DNA of 64,000 nt. It comes from a virus (taxonomy: Duplodnaviria > Caudoviricetes). Below, one piece after another: positions 32,423-42,788 of the stretch. The notes beneath the pieces were generated by a model. It saw only the letters and a program-made list of their open reading frames with translations. It ran no database searches and was not told the DNA's origin. Both the position numbers and the translations under genes were made by a program. The DNA lies in IMG/VR virus record IMGVR_UViG_3300029314_000064, positions 82,653 to 146,652 of that record. One strand, given 5' to 3'. Each line of letters begins with the position of its first letter. The first letter of the stretch is position 1.

Positions 32423-33118
32423 ATGAAACATATATGCCCCGTGCATGAGCTTTTTGAAGGGAATAATAAAGTTTGGGATTTCTGTCCTGAATGTAATAGA
32501 AATTCTCCTGTAGTTATTCAAACTCATAAGAAAATGAATACGATTTGGGAAAATACTTGGTTGGGAGCTCAATGGCCAGCACCTAATTTGACTCAGGGCT
32601 TCCATGGCGTGCTTAAACAATGGTGGGAAAAATACGGCTTCGGAGACCGATGTTTATTGTCAAGTGAAAATATTAAAACAAAAAATCATTTCATTAAAAA
32701 CTATCCAGGAATTGAATTTGTTTGTACTGACAAATATGAAGATCCAGATTACGATAGTTTTGTAGATTTTAAATTTGATATATGCCAAGATATGAGGCTC
32801 AAACCTTACGAGCATCCTGAAAAAATTATAGATAATTTCTCAAGCATTGTTAGTCATGCACAACTCGAACATGTTATTGATCCAATTACAGCATTAAGAA
32901 ATTTCTCTTTTATGTTAAAGTCAGAAGGTATGCTTTATCTAATGACTCAAGGAGTTAATTATCAATACCATGGGCACCCAAGAAATTACATGCACTTCTT
33001 TGAGGATTTCTTTGAAGACATCCAAAAAGAAATAAATATGAATATAGTAGATTATGTTCAGATTCCTCAGTTGTCTAAAGAGTGCAAAATCATATGCGTA
33101 TGCATGAAGAAGTCTTGA
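32423..33118 (+). CDS. SAM-methyltransferase-fold protein
   Basis: FDIC...FSSIVSHAQLEHVIDP...LKSEGMLYL...YHGHPRNYMHF; motif I is degenerate. Confidence 0.7.
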   Translation: MKHICPVHELFEGNNKVWDFCPECNRNSPVVIQTHKKMNTIWENTWLGAQWPAPNLTQGFHGVLKQWWEKYGFGDRCLLSSENIKTKNHFIKNYPGIEFVCTDKYEDPDYDSFVDFKFDICQDMRLKPYEHPEKIIDNFSSIVSHAQLEHVIDPITALRNFSFMLKSEGMLYLMTQGVNYQYHGHPRNYMHFFEDFFEDIQKEINMNIVDYVQIPQLSKECKIICVCMKKS

Positions 33119-33192
33119 TTTACTTATGACCTATTTTTGCAAACCACTAGGGTAAGTTATGGTTTGCAGCTACAAATAAATCTGGAGGCAAC

Positions 33193-34173
33193 GTGAAGTG
33201 TCTAATACTGTCTCGAATGGCTAACCTGTATGCCACAAGGCGCCTAGCCGAAGAAGGTAGGAAGCTAGATATGAAAGTTCTCATTTATGATACACTGAGG
33301 TTGAGTGTATGTTTGGATGAGAATGGAGGGAAAATCTTTTATAGACAAAAAGAAATTAAGCCTCCACATATTGTGATACCGAGAATAGGTTCAACCATTA
33401 CCGCATTCGGTGGTTGCATTATGTTCCAGATGGAACAAATGGGTATACCTCTTCTCAACTCTTCTAATGGTATGTTTAATTCAAGAGACAAATTCAGAAG
33501 CGGACAAATTCTTACACGCAATAATCTTCCTATACCGCGTACCATGGTATTGCGTAGACCGTCCAAAAAAGATATTGGTGAAATTGACCCAATGAATAGA
33601 AAAATTATTTTGAAAGAGAAAATTCAAAATGTTATCACAATGCTGAATGGTCCGCCTGTTGTGGTAAAGCTGAACAAAGGCACACAAGGAGTCGGAGTAG
33701 TGCTTTGTGATTCAATGAATGATGCATATGCTCAAATTGATTTAATGTGGAAATCGAAAAGTGATTTTATCATACAAGAATTTATTAAGGAAAGTAAAGG
33801 AGTAGATATCAGGGCTTTGGTTGTTGGAAATAAAGTTATTGCCTCAATGAAGAGAGAATCAAAGACAGGTGATTTCAGGAGTAACACACACCAAGGCGGA
33901 GAAGTTTCTGCATATGAGTTGCCTGATTCTGTCAAAAACACTGCTGTAGAGGCAGCTAAAATCATTGGCCTGAATGTGGCAGGTGTTGATTTGCTCATCA
34001 GCAACAATGGTTATAAGATTATAGAGATAAACAGCAGTCCTGGTTTTGAAGGTCTGGAAAAGGCTACTGGTGTGAATGTGGCCGGTGAGATTATGAAATT
34101 CTCTAAAGAATTGGCAAAAAAGAAAATAAACAAAGATAAAGATGTAATTAGCTTCAAAAACGCGATGGGATAG
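33193..34173 (+). CDS. rimK: RimK-family ATP-grasp alpha-L-glutamate ligase
   Basis: LYATRRL, VIPRIG, SRDK, GTQGVGV, IQEFIKES.G.DIR, DFRSN.H.GG, EINSSPG.EG. Confidence 0.92.
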   Translation: MKCLILSRMANLYATRRLAEEGRKLDMKVLIYDTLRLSVCLDENGGKIFYRQKEIKPPHIVIPRIGSTITAFGGCIMFQMEQMGIPLLNSSNGMFNSRDKFRSGQILTRNNLPIPRTMVLRRPSKKDIGEIDPMNRKIILKEKIQNVITMLNGPPVVVKLNKGTQGVGVVLCDSMNDAYAQIDLMWKSKSDFIIQEFIKESKGVDIRALVVGNKVIASMKRESKTGDFRSNTHQGGEVSAYELPDSVKNTAVEAAKIIGLNVAGVDLLISNNGYKIIEINSSPGFEGLEKATGVNVAGEIMKFSKELAKKKINKDKDVISFKNAMG

Positions 34174-34178
34174 GAAGA

Positions 34179-34871
34179 ATGACAACTCACTACACAGAAG
34201 ACAATCTAGGGATAACTGCATATTGCGGTTTCGCAAATGTTGGTTTTTATAATCCTCCAATTAATACAGTGAGAGAAATAAAATTATCTGATTGTCCTAA
34301 ATGTCTTAAAGAATATATAACAACAAAATTAGAAAATAAACCGACAGAAAATAAAGTAACAACCGATCAAGTTATTACCAAACAAAATCTAGAACCGTAC
34401 ATTTCAGAAATTAAGTTCAATAAAAATGAACAATCCTTTAGGGTAAAGGTACAGCACAGCAACCTTGAAGAGGCACTTAATGAATCTGTGTTGATGTATA
34501 ACAAACTCGCAACAGCTTTCAATAAAAAGAATATAAAACTTAATGATATAACAATGCCCGAAATATCTTCAGACCAATTTAAGATAAAACCCAATACAGA
34601 AACCATAATTGAAGATGAAGATTTTGAAACACATCTAGATTCTATTAAAACAATTCCAAAAACATTTGGTTGGAAGTTAAGAAAGTTTAGAAAAGAAAAG
34701 AACATCAAGGGCAGCTACTTAGCGCAACACCTTGGAGTGAGTAATGGAGATTACCTTCTACTAGAAACACAAAGTAAATGCGTTACCACTCTTAAGGAAA
34801 TTTCTTTATCTATTGCAGAAATTCTAGAGTTGGATGATTCAGAATACGCTGCTTTAAAGAAATACTCCTAA
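34179..34871 (+). CDS. protein with C-terminal XRE-type HTH
   Basis: FGWKLRKFRKEKNI...LAQHLGVS...LLE. Confidence 0.65.
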   Translation: MTTHYTEDNLGITAYCGFANVGFYNPPINTVREIKLSDCPKCLKEYITTKLENKPTENKVTTDQVITKQNLEPYISEIKFNKNEQSFRVKVQHSNLEEALNESVLMYNKLATAFNKKNIKLNDITMPEISSDQFKIKPNTETIIEDEDFETHLDSIKTIPKTFGWKLRKFRKEKNIKGSYLAQHLGVSNGDYLLLETQSKCVTTLKEISLSIAEILELDDSEYAALKKYS

Positions 34872-34899
34872 CCAACCTATACATTATCCCAAAATAGCA

Positions 34900-34979
34900 C
34901 AGAGCCCTTAAGAGCCATTTTAATTTGCAACCCACCCCAACCTAGGGCGGCGCAATTAAAATGGCTCTTAAGGGCTCTG
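34900..34979. repeat. perfect 26-bp inverted repeat with 28-nt spacer at the convergent strand switch
   Basis: cagagcccttaagagccattttaatt (34900-34925) and aattaaaatggctcttaagggctctg (34954-34979). Confidence 0.95.
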
Positions 34980-36016
34980 ATGCGTTTGTAGAAGTATTGT
35001 TACCTACCCTGCAACCACCAACCCAGCCCCACCTAGCAGGATTTACTTTGACCATAACACAAGATTAAAAACAATAATCTGAAAGACAACAATGAACTCC
35101 AATATATACACAACATATTCAAGACATTCAATATGTTTCTTAGCTGCCTTTTCACGATCAGCAAATATATCTCGAGCCTCACAAATTCTTTTTGTGAGAT
35201 CCCACTCTTGGCGTAAAAGTTCTTTGTTTTTTTTACATTCAGGGCATTTATTATCAGGAACATCACTCATTGATTTTCCTCATGGTGGATCACTGTTATC
35301 GTCTACTATCACAATTAAATGCACTGGTCGCTTGGTAATATCTTTTGCCCAATCCAATTCGCTTTTTCCGGCGTGAATATATCTATTATTATTATTTTCC
35401 CTTGGATCTGCTTCAATCCACCCCCAAGGGCGATTTCTGACACATGCGCCATATAAATTAGAACAATCTTTTTGAATTTTTTCACATCCAGGACAAATAA
35501 TTTCTTCCTTACTTTCGTTTTTATCTTCCTCTTTTTTAGTAATTGAAACAACAGTATCAGCCTCTCGAGCTTTACTATATGATTCTGCAATTTTTTCAGT
35601 AAAAAATCCAAGTTCTTGTTTTGTAGATTCTATTACAACAGGAGAATCTGTTACAAGCGGAAGAGTTTTAATTATTTGTGGATAAAACCATACTTCATCA
35701 ACAGAAACAAAAATTCTATAACTCTTTAATATTTCTAAAGCCCTAGGAGATTTACAAAAACTAAGATGTTTTTTGCCCTCATAAGTCCCACATCCTATAC
35801 AATACCTTGAATAAATAGAACTATTTCTTTCGGTTGAAAGAAAATAATCATCATTACTTTCAAAACGCGGAACAAGCATTTCTGCAACCAGTACACCTCT
35901 ATTATTTAAACCACCAATCATATCATGCTCTGAATCATATCCTTGCAAAAATATCCATTCAGCAACACCAAGTTCTCTTCCTAGAATAATAGAACTAACA
36001 TGTTTATCACATAATA

Positions 36017-36565
36017 TCATGTTTTCTCCTGTAAAATAAACATAAGAAGAGAAGATATTTTATCATTCTTATATAGAAATTTATTCATCTCTATAGCTTC
36101 TTCCCTATATGTAATCCAAAATTTAGGATCATACTGTTTAATAGAACATGCATTATCATAAAGATCTGCAAGTTTTACAATACTTGCATAGCGCCAAAGA
36201 ATTTCATTATTTTTAGATAATGAATTCCATCTCAAAAACTCTCTGCGTTTTCTGTCTTTACGATTATTTTCTGGAAACGCGTCTTTGGTATAAACGTCAG
36301 TGAGGCAACGCACTACATCACAAATAAATCCATTAAATCCCATTTGTGATAATTCTTCAAAAGTTACACCACAATCTTCTACAACATCATGCAATAAAGC
36401 CGCTTGCTCTAGTCCATCACTATATTCACCATATTGATTCACAGAATGAACCATTGCAGCTACAGCCAGTGGATGATTAATGTATGGATCATCCGTATAA
36501 CGCCGTTTCTGTTTTGCGTGTTTTTCTGCGGCATACAATGCTGTTTGAAGTACAGATGGTCCCAT
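36017..36565 (-). CDS. HD-domain small alarmone hydrolase-like protein (SpoT/MESH1 type)
   Basis: AAEKH.KQ.R...PYINHP..VA, AALLHDVVED, LTD, VKLADLYDN. Confidence 0.82.
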   Translation of the reverse strand: MGPSVLQTALYAAEKHAKQKRRYTDDPYINHPLAVAAMVHSVNQYGEYSDGLEQAALLHDVVEDCGVTFEELSQMGFNGFICDVVRCLTDVYTKDAFPENNRKDRKRREFLRWNSLSKNNEILWRYASIVKLADLYDNACSIKQYDPKFWITYREEAIEMNKFLYKNDKISSLLMFILQEKT

Positions 36566-37083
36566 TTATTCCTCCACTTCCTACACACCTACTGTATTGA
36601 ATTCTTCAGGCATCCATAAAAACAAACAATACTGACACATATGTGTCCGATGAGGCTTAGTAGCCCATTCTCCTTTATCAATATGTCTTTTGCCACATTT
36701 AGGGCAACAAAGTTTCATAGGAGCGCCTGGTTTTTCGCTTCCTACTCTCATTTAAAAAATATTCCCACGTGGTGGCCTATAATCAGAAGAATCATCATCT
36801 GGACTATTACGGTCAGGATTATTTCCTTCAGCAACATTCAGTGGATTAATATTAATATGCTCATGCTTCCAATCACGCTTCCATTCAAATTTAGGGTCCA
36901 ACACATGCACTCCTTTGGCGCAGTAAATTTTAACATCCCTTTTCTTCTTAGCATGCCTCCCAACTTGCTTGTATCCCCAGATACCACATGTTTCACATCT
37001 GAAACGATGTATATTACCTGGATCACTATAAGTATCTTGTTTCGCCCAAATATGTTTCGATTCAGTACAAACCGCTATAGTAG

Positions 37084-37425
37084 TCATTTTTTCTCCTGTA
37101 GTTTACGACACTCAATACAGCGTTCACGTAAATCTTTAAGATTATATTCTTTATCAACAACACCTTCACTCCAAATTAATTTATCTAAATCTTCAGGCAA
37201 TGGAGATTGATGGTTGTATTTTCTTTTTTCCATTTCAAAAACCAACTGCTCATGCCTGTTTCTTAAATTATGTAATTCAATTAACTTATTTTCAAAAAAT
37301 CCCCTAAGTGTACGTTTTGGATTTGAAGAATGACGAATAGTCCCAACAAGCGTATGAAGTTCCCTATGTTCTCCAAGTAGATGTTGCCTGCACAGCAAGC
37401 CTGGATCAACCATCCACATTCTCAT
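37084..37425 (-). CDS. denV: pyrimidine-dimer DNA glycosylase/endonuclease V-like
   Basis: MRMWMVDP..LCRQHLLGEHRELH...RHEQLV.EM..R.YNH. Confidence 0.8.
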   Translation of the reverse strand: MRMWMVDPGLLCRQHLLGEHRELHTLVGTIRHSSNPKRTLRGFFENKLIELHNLRNRHEQLVFEMEKRKYNHQSPLPEDLDKLIWSEGVVDKEYNLKDLRERCIECRKLQEKK

Positions 37426-37611
37426 ATTTATCCTTTCGTTATTTCTTACAATTACAAATAATCTTTGGGCTTTGTTCTATACCATACTTAGAAATAATAT
37501 TGTGATTAGCATAAAAATATCCAAAAATGAAACCAATAACTCCTATCATCATAGATACAGTAAAAGAAAACATAGATATTTTAATATCTCCATCCTTATT
37601 AAGATAGTATA

Positions 37612-37866
37612 TCATTTCTTCTTTTTTGTTACTTTCTGAACCTGATATTTTGAAAAATCATTCCTACAAATATTTCCTTGCTGATTAATAAAGTATACAT
37701 AACCAGATTCTTTATTAATTTTAGATTTATAAATAACCTCAACTTCTATTTTCTTACCAGGAGTCATTATCTCTCTTATCCTGGAAATATTACCGTTGTC
37801 ATCAACAAAATATATGTAATTTTTATCGACTCTTACTCCTGTTTTTTTCACCAATTCTGACGGCAT
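37612..37866 (-). CDS. Cc1-like (crenarchaeal chromatin protein) tandem-repeat DNA-binding protein
   Basis: Two repeats: GVRVDKNYIYFVDDNGNISR and KINKESGYVYFINQQGNICR; start at MPSEL after GGAGG. Confidence 0.6.
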   Translation of the reverse strand: MPSELVKKTGVRVDKNYIYFVDDNGNISRIREIMTPGKKIEVEVIYKSKINKESGYVYFINQQGNICRNDFSKYQVQKVTKKKK

Positions 37867-38355
37867 TTCTATTCCTCCGCATATTAGATAGTTTTGGTCC
37901 ATCAAAGACAGAAGATTCAGCACCCTTTAATGAAGACGATAATTTCTCTGGATCGACTTTAATCCACCTTCTTATCTGAACCCACAACCTTTCTGGAGAA
38001 ATATCCATCATGAGACATATTGTTCCGTATCCAAATGGATGCATTATATTCTTTGTCTTGAACCAGTGAATTGCTTTCTTTTTGTTGTGTAGGTGGTACG
38101 GGTTTTTACCACTGTATAACACATCCCTAATGTGTAATATCAATAAGTACGTTGCTACCCTGTAATAATAATCATCTCTTCTGTCATTGATAACACGTTC
38201 ATATATTGTAGATGGTTGTGTGAAATCAACCTTCTTCAATTTTTCTAGTTCAGCTTCCTTTCTTGATTTTATCTTCTTCTTTAATTTTTTGATTTTCTCT
38301 TTATACTTTTTCTTATTCTTCTTACTAAAACCAGCAGGTGTAGGATAGAACATGA

Positions 38356-39111
38356 TTAATTTTCCACAAAGAATCTTTGTATATTTCCTCCGTCATTCAT
38401 GACAATATTCTTAAGGGCATCCCACTGATGAGACAACTCTTTAGGGAATGGTCCATTTTTGAAAAATCTAATCTTTTTAATCTTTTTAATATCTATAACA
38501 GACAGATTCATTATATTCAAACCAATAAGACATAATCCTGCAGAATCAGACTCATCATTGTTTGAAGTATCAAAACCCCATGATTGAATTGTTCCATGCA
38601 TCTCTTTTTTATCTACCTTCATTGCCTTACCAGTCACAAACTTCTTAAGAGAAGTAGGTGGCACAATGAGACATGGATAAGCCTCAGGAGTGCCGTTTAT
38701 ATGTATTCCAGATTTTATAAAGTTCCTTTTCACTGCATAAGAAACTTCACCCATTAATTCCCTCCACTGAGATGAACTGAATGCATAACCCTCTATTATA
38801 ACCAAAGATGGAGGAAATTTAGCCACTAAATCCCTAAATGATTTTTCTATTTTAAATATTCTTTCATACTGTGTTCCTTTAAATTTATGAGAATAATGAG
38901 ACATGTATTTTGCTATTTTTTTGATACTAGATGTTGGTTTTCCAATTTCAAAAATAGAAACAGCAGGATTAGATAATGATATATCTATACCCCACACATA
39001 TCTATTAAATTTATGCTTATTCTGTTTAAGAACTTTATTGATAAACACAAGATTTGCATAAAAATCATCAATAGTTTTCTTAACCTTTTTTCTTTTTGCC
39101 ATCAAGTCCAC
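38356..39111 (-). CDS. RuvC-like Holliday junction resolvase
   Basis: WGIDIS, VIIEGYAF, PTSLKKFVTG, NDESDS acidic motifs. Confidence 0.82.
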   Translation of the reverse strand: MDLMAKRKKVKKTIDDFYANLVFINKVLKQNKHKFNRYVWGIDISLSNPAVSIFEIGKPTSSIKKIAKYMSHYSHKFKGTQYERIFKIEKSFRDLVAKFPPSLVIIEGYAFSSSQWRELMGEVSYAVKRNFIKSGIHINGTPEAYPCLIVPPTSLKKFVTGKAMKVDKKEMHGTIQSWGFDTSNNDESDSAGLCLIGLNIMNLSVIDIKKIKKIRFFKNGPFPKELSHQWDALKNIVMNDGGNIQRFFVEN

Positions 39112-39326
39112 CGCGCCCTTCTGTGGGATGTCGGCTTTTGATCTCCAAACTTCCTTGATGCTCTAGGGGGTAAGATATACTTTGTCTTAGCCTGAAAATC
39201 ATTGGTGGCCAACACCATATCACAAACATTATCACATTCAGGACACTTACACTTCAGGCGCTCTGAAATAGACTGATATGTATCAAAATCACCATGGGCA
39301 CTACAGTTATACTGATAAATCGGCAT
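39102..39326 (-). CDS. FmdB-family zinc ribbon protein
   Basis: MPIYQYNC..H..F...CPEC. Confidence 0.8.
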   Translation of the reverse strand: MPIYQYNCSAHGDFDTYQSISERLKCKCPECDNVCDMVLATNDFQAKTKYILPPRASRKFGDQKPTSHRRARWT

Positions 39327-39530
39327 ATGCTCTCCTAGGCTCTATATATGAATTTAGATTTTATGAATTGTATATCAAAAATTTGTTTTGGGTGAAGTAT
39401 AACTTGCTTTCTTGATCTATACATATTCTTCACTGAAAGATAATCTATAAATGTAAGAACATGAACTGATGCCTTAACCTCTATATTATTTGAAACTAAA
39501 AACTCATGAATATTTAAATTCTCCTCATTC

Positions 39531-41429
39531 TCATCTATCAGTTCTTGGCTGCTCGACACTACTGACCTCCCCTTTCACTTTTACCTCTATGAAATTCTTA
39601 AACATACTTCTCATGTCCGGCCTATTAGAAACAAACAAAATGTTTCTCTGCTTCTCTTCTTTCAAAAAATCAACAACACGCTGGATGCCATCTGGATCCA
39701 TATCATCGAAGCCTTCATCTATGATCATAATGTTTATTGGAGACTCAAGTATGGAATTAATGGAGTACTCTATTGCAAACCTAATTCTTGTTTGCTCTCC
39801 TCCAGACCATAACTCATACTCTAAAGGCTTATCTTTTTTGGAATCCTGTATAATTATCTTAATATGATCAAATGATCCTCTAGAAACTTTATTATCTATA
39901 GAAACAAAAATATCTCCTTCTGTTAATTTCTTTAATACACTATTGATTTTATGCTCTAGAATAGATATTGTTTTTGTTAATATATCATTCTTCAATCCAC
40001 TGTTACCAAATACCTCAGAAGCATAAACACAATCTTCATATCTCTTCTTGAGAATAATAAACTCCTTCTTTCTTAACACCAATTCATTTGAATATCTGCT
40101 GATGTCTCTATTTGTCTTAGCTATATTTTTCTTCATAGGATTTTTTAATTTCTTAATAAATTCTATTCTATCAGTTAGAAATTTAGTCTCTGAGCTATTA
40201 TTGAATTTAATGTTGGATTCTAATAATCCTATTTCTTTATCTATCTTATGTGTTGTTTCAGATTGTTTTAATTGAATAGATCTTATTTCTTCTTCTACAC
40301 TTATCACCTTAGACGATATCTTACTAAACTTATCAATATTAATTTTTCTTAACTCTTCTATCTTATTGTACCTGCCTGCTAGATTTTTTATATCAATCGT
40401 AATTTGCTTATTTATATTTTCAATCTTACTTAGATCTATTTTAGATCCACAAAATTCACACACCTCACTCTTAGAATTATTCTTCTTTAAAAGATCTTTA
40501 CTAGAATTCAATTTAAAAAAAGCTTCATTACTCTTATTAGATAATTTATCTTTTTTATCCCTCAATAATTTTTGAAGAAACATTAATTTTTTCAATTTAT
40601 CAGACAATAAGCTTCTTCGCTCTTTAAACTCAGTAGAGCATTTTTCTTTTTGCAAATAAAGATCATTAATTTTTCTACGATCTTCACTTAAATCAACTTT
40701 CTTAAAAGCTTCTGCAATCTTTATATTTAGAACTTTTATGTCTTTTACTTTATTGTCTTCAAAAATCTTATATTGATTTTTAAAGTCAGATATTAATTTA
40801 TTGGACTCTTGCAGTAATGCCTTATTTACTTCTATAAGTTTCTTTGATTCATATATCTCTTCTTTAATAACTTTAAAATCATTCTTTGCTTTCTTCAAAG
40901 CCTCATCTATCCAGCTTAAATTAAGAATACCAGTAAGGACATCTTTTCTTTGAGAGTCCTTAGCTTCACAAAAACTGGGAAAGTGTTTGGGCTTTCGAAG
41001 GACAACAGATGAAATAAATAGATCATAGTCTATCTTAAATAACCTCTGTATGTATATGTCTGTATCTGTTTTTGTTTCTTTTTCAAGTGTTGTCCATTTT
41101 TTATTATCTATAGATTCATCTAGTATGACTCTATTTTTAAAATCAGGATCATTTCTGTATCTGCATATTCTATAGTATTTATCGTCAGAATCTGAATACC
41201 ATATCTGAGTCACAAGAGTTCTGTTTTCAAACTTACCAATTATTTTATCTGCATGACCACCGCGAATTGTTTTACCAAACAGACCCCAACTTATCGCATC
41301 AAAAATAAGAGACTTTCCTGATCCATTAAATTTTGAAAAAATGTAATATGATCCACCTTTAGAAAAGTCTATAAAAGATTTCTTATGTGTCACAAAATTG
41401 ATTAATTCTATACTTCTCAAAAAGAACAT
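39531..41429 (-). CDS. SbcC/Rad50/gp46-like SMC ATPase
   Basis: NGSGKS Walker A, coiled coil with CEFC zinc hook, WSGGE signature, IIDEGFD Walker B. Confidence 0.92.
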   Translation of the reverse strand: MFFLRSIELINFVTHKKSFIDFSKGGSYYIFSKFNGSGKSLIFDAISWGLFGKTIRGGHADKIIGKFENRTLVTQIWYSDSDDKYYRICRYRNDPDFKNRVILDESIDNKKWTTLEKETKTDTDIYIQRLFKIDYDLFISSVVLRKPKHFPSFCEAKDSQRKDVLTGILNLSWIDEALKKAKNDFKVIKEEIYESKKLIEVNKALLQESNKLISDFKNQYKIFEDNKVKDIKVLNIKIAEAFKKVDLSEDRRKINDLYLQKEKCSTEFKERRSLLSDKLKKLMFLQKLLRDKKDKLSNKSNEAFFKLNSSKDLLKKNNSKSEVCEFCGSKIDLSKIENINKQITIDIKNLAGRYNKIEELRKINIDKFSKISSKVISVEEEIRSIQLKQSETTHKIDKEIGLLESNIKFNNSSETKFLTDRIEFIKKLKNPMKKNIAKTNRDISRYSNELVLRKKEFIILKKRYEDCVYASEVFGNSGLKNDILTKTISILEHKINSVLKKLTEGDIFVSIDNKVSRGSFDHIKIIIQDSKKDKPLEYELWSGGEQTRIRFAIEYSINSILESPINIMIIDEGFDDMDPDGIQRVVDFLKEEKQRNILFVSNRPDMRSMFKNFIEVKVKGEVSSVEQPRTDR

Positions 41430-41749
41430 TACGGTCTCATCTTTCTACAAGCAACATCTGCAATTTGCCTAACTCTTTCTCTCGTAACATTCATAAATTT
41501 ACCAATCTCCTCAAGAGTCAGGGCGCCATACTTGTCCACTATATCAAGTGAACAATTATCTTTATTCATTGCAGTAACATCTTCGACATCTTGTATGATT
41601 TTTAACTTACCCTTCTCATTCACGTTCAGGAACGTGTTGTGCCTACAGCTAACAAAAGGGCAGGGGCGAGGCACATCTTTACAATCAGCCCTGATTCTGG
41701 GCCTCTCAATACTATTAATCGTCAAAGAGGGTTTCGATGATTTGGGCAA
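41429..41749 (-). CDS. stand-alone sigma-70 region-4-like HTH protein with Cys-rich N-terminus
   Basis: RADC...RPCPFVSCRH...CSLD then LTLEEIGKFMNVTRERVRQI. Confidence 0.8.
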   Translation of the reverse strand: MPKSSKPSLTINSIERPRIRADCKDVPRPCPFVSCRHNTFLNVNEKGKLKIIQDVEDVTAMNKDNCSLDIVDKYGALTLEEIGKFMNVTRERVRQIADVACRKMRP

Positions 41750-42788
41750 ATATTTTTTCCTTTTCAGGATGATTTCTCTTTTTATGAATATTCTTAGATT
41801 TAATTAAAGCATTTTGTATGTCTTTATTTTTCACAACATATGTTCCTGAGTGCCTACATGATTCATAGGCAAGACAATTCACAAAATCAATAAGATTATG
41901 TTTCTTCTTATATTCGTTATTCATAATGTAATAAACCAATGCAGCCATCACTGTATCACCTGCTCCAGTCGAATCAATAACATCACCATTAATATAACTT
42001 TCAGGTAAAGAACTTCCAGTAAGAGTCATATAGTGATCTTCAAAAACAACATGGTTTAAATAAGCTGAAGAATTTTTCTTTAAATAACTTAATTCACAGC
42101 CATCTTCTGATTTGGTTCTCAAAATTACAGGGAACAAACAATCAATATTAGACTGATAATATTTAAATTCACTATCATTAGGCTTAAAAAAATGAACTCC
42201 ATCATAAATATCTAAATGTTTAGACTTACTATCTAAAAACATAATAGATCTTCTAGATAGATATATTATATGTCTAATTACTTTTTTATTCATACATCCT
42301 TTATCATAATCAGAAAAAACTATAGCATCATAATCATATACAGAATTCCAAAACCTAGATGAATAAATATTTTCGTCTAATGATTCTATCTTTGATCTAT
42401 TTAAACTAGACATTTCTTTATCAAATCTTAAACCAACATGATGATTCTTATTATCAAGAAATCTGTGTTTCTGAATAAAATCAATCTCAGGAACACCTAA
42501 AGAATTTTCACTAGAGGGGTAAATCAAATATATGCCACACTGCTCCATAAATTCCAAAATAGTTTTAGTGAAATGATCATTGCCTGGATTAAATGAAAGT
42601 AAGAATGAAACATCAAAACCACAACCTAATAGATTCATTGCTGTATTCGCTGCTCCACCAGGATTAATAGCAGTTGCTATACAATCAAAAACTGGAATAG
42701 GAGCTTCTGGTGAAGTACGCTTAGTGGTGCCGCTATGGAACACATCTGCGATTGGATCACCATAAACAAGTATCTTCTTTTTATTCAT
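41715..42788 (-). CDS. HldE/RfaE domain I-like sugar-phosphate kinase (PfkB family, heptose-7-phosphate kinase-like)
   Basis: ILVYGD..AD....G...RTSPEAPIPV, GGAANTA.NL, FSDYDKG, DSTGAGDT. Confidence 0.85.
   Translation of the reverse strand: MNKKKILVYGDPIADVFHSGTTKRTSPEAPIPVFDCIATAINPGGAANTAMNLLGCGFDVSFLLSFNPGNDHFTKTILEFMEQCGIYLIYPSSENSLGVPEIDFIQKHRFLDNKNHHVGLRFDKEMSSLNRSKIESLDENIYSSRFWNSVYDYDAIVFSDYDKGCMNKKVIRHIIYLSRRSIMFLDSKSKHLDIYDGVHFFKPNDSEFKYYQSNIDCLFPVILRTKSEDGCELSYLKKNSSAYLNHVVFEDHYMTLTGSSLPESYINGDVIDSTGAGDTVMAALVYYIMNNEYKKKHNLIDFVNCLAYESCRHSGTYVVKNKDIQNALIKSKNIHKKRNHPEKEKIFAQIIETLFDD

Noticed and set aside
26100-35040. Invertible segment flanked by recombination sites
   Set aside because: The two boundary palindromes share no sequence and no site-specific recombinase is present in the window
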